Assembly: GCF_046119375.1 (NCBI RefSeq)
Contig: NW_027362762.1
Location: 127,348,001 to 127,412,000, forward strand
Direction: 5' to 3'
DNA: 64,000 bases
Source: Phyllobates terribilis
Lineage: Eukaryota
Part shown: one piece after another, positions 60,401 to 64,000 of the stretch
How positions within the stretch are numbered: the stretch's first letter is position 1
How the letters are laid out: every line of letters starts with the position of its first letter
Position numbers and translations under genes: made by a program
Notes under the pieces: model-generated
Seen by the model: only the letters and a program-made list of their open reading frames with translations
Databases searched by the model: none
Told to the model about the DNA's origin: nothing

Positions 60401-63400
60401 CCTCTGAAAAAATATTTGGGCTTCTAGCTGTGTGTGGGACTTGTTCTATTAGTCCATCTATACTGACCTCCATCAGGTTGCAAATTAAAAATAATTTTTA
60501 TCTGCATCTACCTCTGAAAAAATATTTGGGCTTCTAGCTGTGTGTGGGACTTGTTCTACTAGTCCATCTATACTGACCTCCATCAGGTTGCAAACTGAAT
60601 ATAATTTTTTTCTGCATCTAGCTCTGAAAAAATATTTGGCCTTCTAGCAGTGTGTGGGACTTTCTCTATTAGTCCATCTATACTGACCTCCATCAGGTTG
60701 CAAACTGAATATATTTTTTTTCTGCATCTACCTCTGAAAAAATATTGGGCTTCTAGCTGTGTGTGGGACTTGTTCTATTAATCCATCTATACAGACCGCC
60801 ATCAGGTTGCAAACTGAATATAATTTTTTTCTGCATCTACCTCTGAAAAAATATTTGGGCTTCTAGCTGTGTGTGGGACTTGTTCTATTAGTCCATCTAT
60901 ACTGACCTCCATCAGGTTGCAAATTAAAAATAATTTTTATCTGCATCTACCTCTGAAAAAATATTTGGGCTTCTAGCTGTGTGTGGGACTTGTTCTAGTA
61001 GTCCATCTATACTGACCTCCATCAGGTTGCAAACTGAATATAATTTTTTTCTGCATCTAGCTCTGAAAAAATATTTGGCCTTCTAGCAGTGTGTTGGACT
61101 TTCTCTATTAGTCCATCTATACTGACCTCAATCAGGTTGCAAACTGAATACATTTTTTTCTGCATCTACCTCTGAAAAAATATTGGGCTTCTAGCTGTGT
61201 GTGGGACTTGTTCTATTAATCCATCTATACAGACCTCCATCAGGTTGCAAACTGAATATAATTTTTTTCTGCATCTACCTCTGAAAAAATATTTGGGCTT
61301 CTAGCTGTGTGTGGGACTTGTTCTATTAGTCCATCTATACTGACCTCCATCAGGTTGCAAATTAAAAATAATTTTTATCTGCATTTACCTCTGAAAAAAT
61401 ATTTGGCCTTCTAGCAGTGTGTGGGACTTTCTCTATTAGTCCATCTATACTGACCTCCATCAGGTTGCAAACTGAATATATTTTTTTTCTGCATCTACCT
61501 CTGAAAAAATATTGGGCTTCTAGCTGTGTGTGGGACTTGTTCTATTAATCCATCTATACAGACCTCCATCAGGTTGCAAACTGAATATAATTTTTTTCTG
61601 CATCTACCTCTGAAAAAATATTTGGGCTTCTAGCTGTGTGTGGGACTTGTTCTATTAGTCCATCTATACTGACCTCCATCAGGTTGCAAACTGAAAATAA
61701 TTTTTTGTCTGCATCTAGCTCTGAAAAAATATTTGGCCTTCTAGCAGTGTGTGGGACTTTCTCTATTAGTCCATCTATACTGACCTCCATCAGGTTGCAA
61801 ATTAAAAATAATTTTTATCTGCATCTACCTCTGAAAAAATATTTGGGCTTCTAGCAGTGTGTGGGACTTGTTCTATTAGTCCATCTATACTGACCTCCAT
61901 CAGGTTGCAAACTGAATATAATTTTTTTCTGCATCGAGCTCTGAAAAAATATTTGGCCTTCTAGCAGTGTGTGGGACTTTCTCTATTAGTCCATCTATAC
62001 TGACCTCCATCAGGTTGCAAACTGAATATATTTTTTTTCTGCATCTACCTCGGAAAAAATATTGGGCTTCTACCTGTGTGTGGGACTTGTTCTATTAATC
62101 CATCTATACAGACCTCCATCAGGTTGCAAACTGAATATAATTTTTTTCTGCATCTACCTCTGAAAAAATATTTGGGCTTCTAGCTGTGTGTGGGACTTGT
62201 TCTATTAGTCCATCTATACTGACCTCCATCAGGTTGCAAATAAAAAATAATTTTTATCTGCATCTACCTCTGAAAAAATATTTGGGCTTCTAGCTGTGTG
62301 TGGGACTTGTTCTACTAGTCCATCTATACTGACCTCCATCAGGTTGCAAACTGAATATAATTTTTTTCTGCATCTAGCTCTGAAAAAATATTTGGCCTTC
62401 TAGCAGTGTGTGGGACTTTCTCTATTAGTCCATCTATACTGACCTCCATCAGGTTGCAAACTGAATATATTTTTTTTCTGCATCTACCTCTGAAAAAATA
62501 TTGGGCTTCTAGCTGTGTGTGGGACTTGTTCTATTAATCCATCTATACAGACCGCCATCAGGTTGCAAACTGAATATAATTTTTTTCTGCATCTACCTCT
62601 GAAAAAATATTTGGGCTTCTAGCTGTGTGTGGGACTTGTTCTATTAGTCCATCTATACTGACCTCCATCAGGTTGCAAATTAAAAATAATTTTTATCTGC
62701 ATCTACCTCTGAAAAAATATTTGGGCTTCTAGCTGTGTGTGGGACTTGTTCTAGTAGTCCATCTATACTGACCTCCATCAGGTTGCAAACTGAATATAAT
62801 TTTTTTCTGCATCTAGCTCTGAAAAAATATTTGGCCTTCTAGCAGTGTGTTGGACTTTCTCTATTAGTCCATCTATACTGACCTCCATCAGGTTGCAAAC
62901 TGAATACATTTTTTTCTGCATCTACCTCTGAAAAAATATTGGGCTTCTAGCTGTGTGTGGGACTTGTTCTATTAATCCATCTATACAGACCTCCATCAGG
63001 TTGCAAACTGAATATAATTTTTTTCTGCATCTACCTCTGAAAAAATATTTGGGCTTCTAGCTGTGTGTGGGACTTGTTCTATTAGTCCATCTATACTGAC
63101 CTCCATCAGGTTGCAAATTAAAAATAATTTTTATCTGCATCTACCTCTGAAAAAATATTTGGGCTTCTAGCTGTGTGTGGAACTTGTTCTAGTAGTCCAT
63201 CTATACTGACCTCCATCAGGTTGCAAACTGAATATAATTTTTTTCTGCATCTAGCTCTGAAAAAATATTTGGTCTTCTAGCAGTGTGTTGGACTTTCTCT
63301 ATTAGTCCATCTATACTGACCTCCATCAGGTTGCAAACTGAATATATTTTTTTTCTGCATCTACCTCTGAAAAAATATTGGGCTTCTAGCTGTGTGTGGG

Positions 63401-64000
63401 ACTTGTTCTATTAATCCATCTATACAGACCTCCATCAGGTTGCAAACTGAATATAATTTTTTTCTGCATCTACCTCTGAATAAATATTTGGGCTTCTAGC
63501 TGTGTGTGGGACTTGTTCTATTAGTCCATCTATACTGACCTCCATCAGGTTGCAAATTAAAAATAATTTTTATCTGCATCTACCTCTGAAAAAATATTTG
63601 GGCTTCTAGCTGTGTGTGGGACTTGTTCTACTAGTCCATCTATACTGACCTCCATCAGGTTGCAAACTGAATATAATTTTTTTCTGCATCTAGCTCTGAA
63701 AAAATATTTGGCCTTCTAGCAGTGTGTGGGACTTTCTCTATTAGTCCATCTATACTGACCTCCATCAGGTTGCAAACTGAATATATTTTTTTTCTGCATC
63801 TACCTCTGAAAAAATATTGGGCTTCTAGCTGTGTGTGGGACTTGTTCTATTAATCCATCTATACAGACCTCCATCAGGTTGCAAACTGAATATAATTTTT
63901 TTCTGCATCTACCTCTGAAAAAATATTTGGGCTTCTAGCTGTGTGTGGGACTTGTTCTATTAGTCCATCTATACTGACCTCCATCAGGTTGCAAATTAAA
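54473..64000 (+). mobile_element. Left end of a hAT-type element inserted in the gypsy RNase H; runs into the satellite, right end not in window
   Basis: TAGAGATGAGCG terminus with GTTCG/CGAAC subterminal repeats; interrupts ERNYSIV; whether the whole satellite is internal to it is inferred. Confidence 0.6.
55388..64000 (+). repeat. 110-bp tandem satellite, ~78 units, higher-order structure
   Basis: Unit TTCTATTAGTCCATCTATACTGACCTCCATCAGGTTGCAAACTGAATATAATTTTTTTCTGCATCTACCTCTGAAAAAATATTTGGGCTTCTAGCTGTGTGTGGGACTTG (109-111 bp). Confidence 0.98.

Noticed and set aside
55388-64000. CRISPR array or repeated small genes (MEVSIDGLIEK... ORFs)
   Set aside because: Whole 110-bp units repeat with no unique spacers, no cas genes, eukaryotic context; the ORFs are translations of satellite monomers.

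Overview
Eukaryotic, almost entirely repeat-derived DNA. The repeat families (Tf1/sushi-type chromodomain gypsy elements, IR/DR Tc1 elements, TTAA-flanked T2/Kolobok-like MITEs, hAT elements with TAGAGATGAGCG/TAGTGTTGAGCG ends, CR1/L2 tails) point to a vertebrate, most likely an anuran frog (inference). No host protein-coding gene could be recognised. Main content: (1) the 3' half of a chromovirus plus a Sleeping Beauty-like Tc1 at 1-5.2 kb; (2) a truncated hAT whose BED finger is split by a 2-kb solo LTR; (3) a 13-kb nested stack at 19.5-32.6 kb: a non-autonomous tRNA-Ser-primed LTR element X, a near-intact chromovirus B inside X, and a non-autonomous element C inside B, each with paired LTRs and an exact TSD; (4) several Tc1 copies, two solo LTRs and a recent 3.0-kb tandem duplication; (5) a Gmr1-like gypsy remnant (integrase before RT) interrupted by a Tc1 and then a hAT end; (6) a >8.6-kb 110-bp satellite with 4-, 16- and 27-mer higher-order periods running off the window. 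Most notable: element C carries an uninterrupted 634-aa ORF fusing a sushi-type Gag capsid domain to 57-aa acidic repeats, and B and C both show a tRNA-independent self-priming signature with identical geometry. All coordinates and mismatch counts were read by eye.
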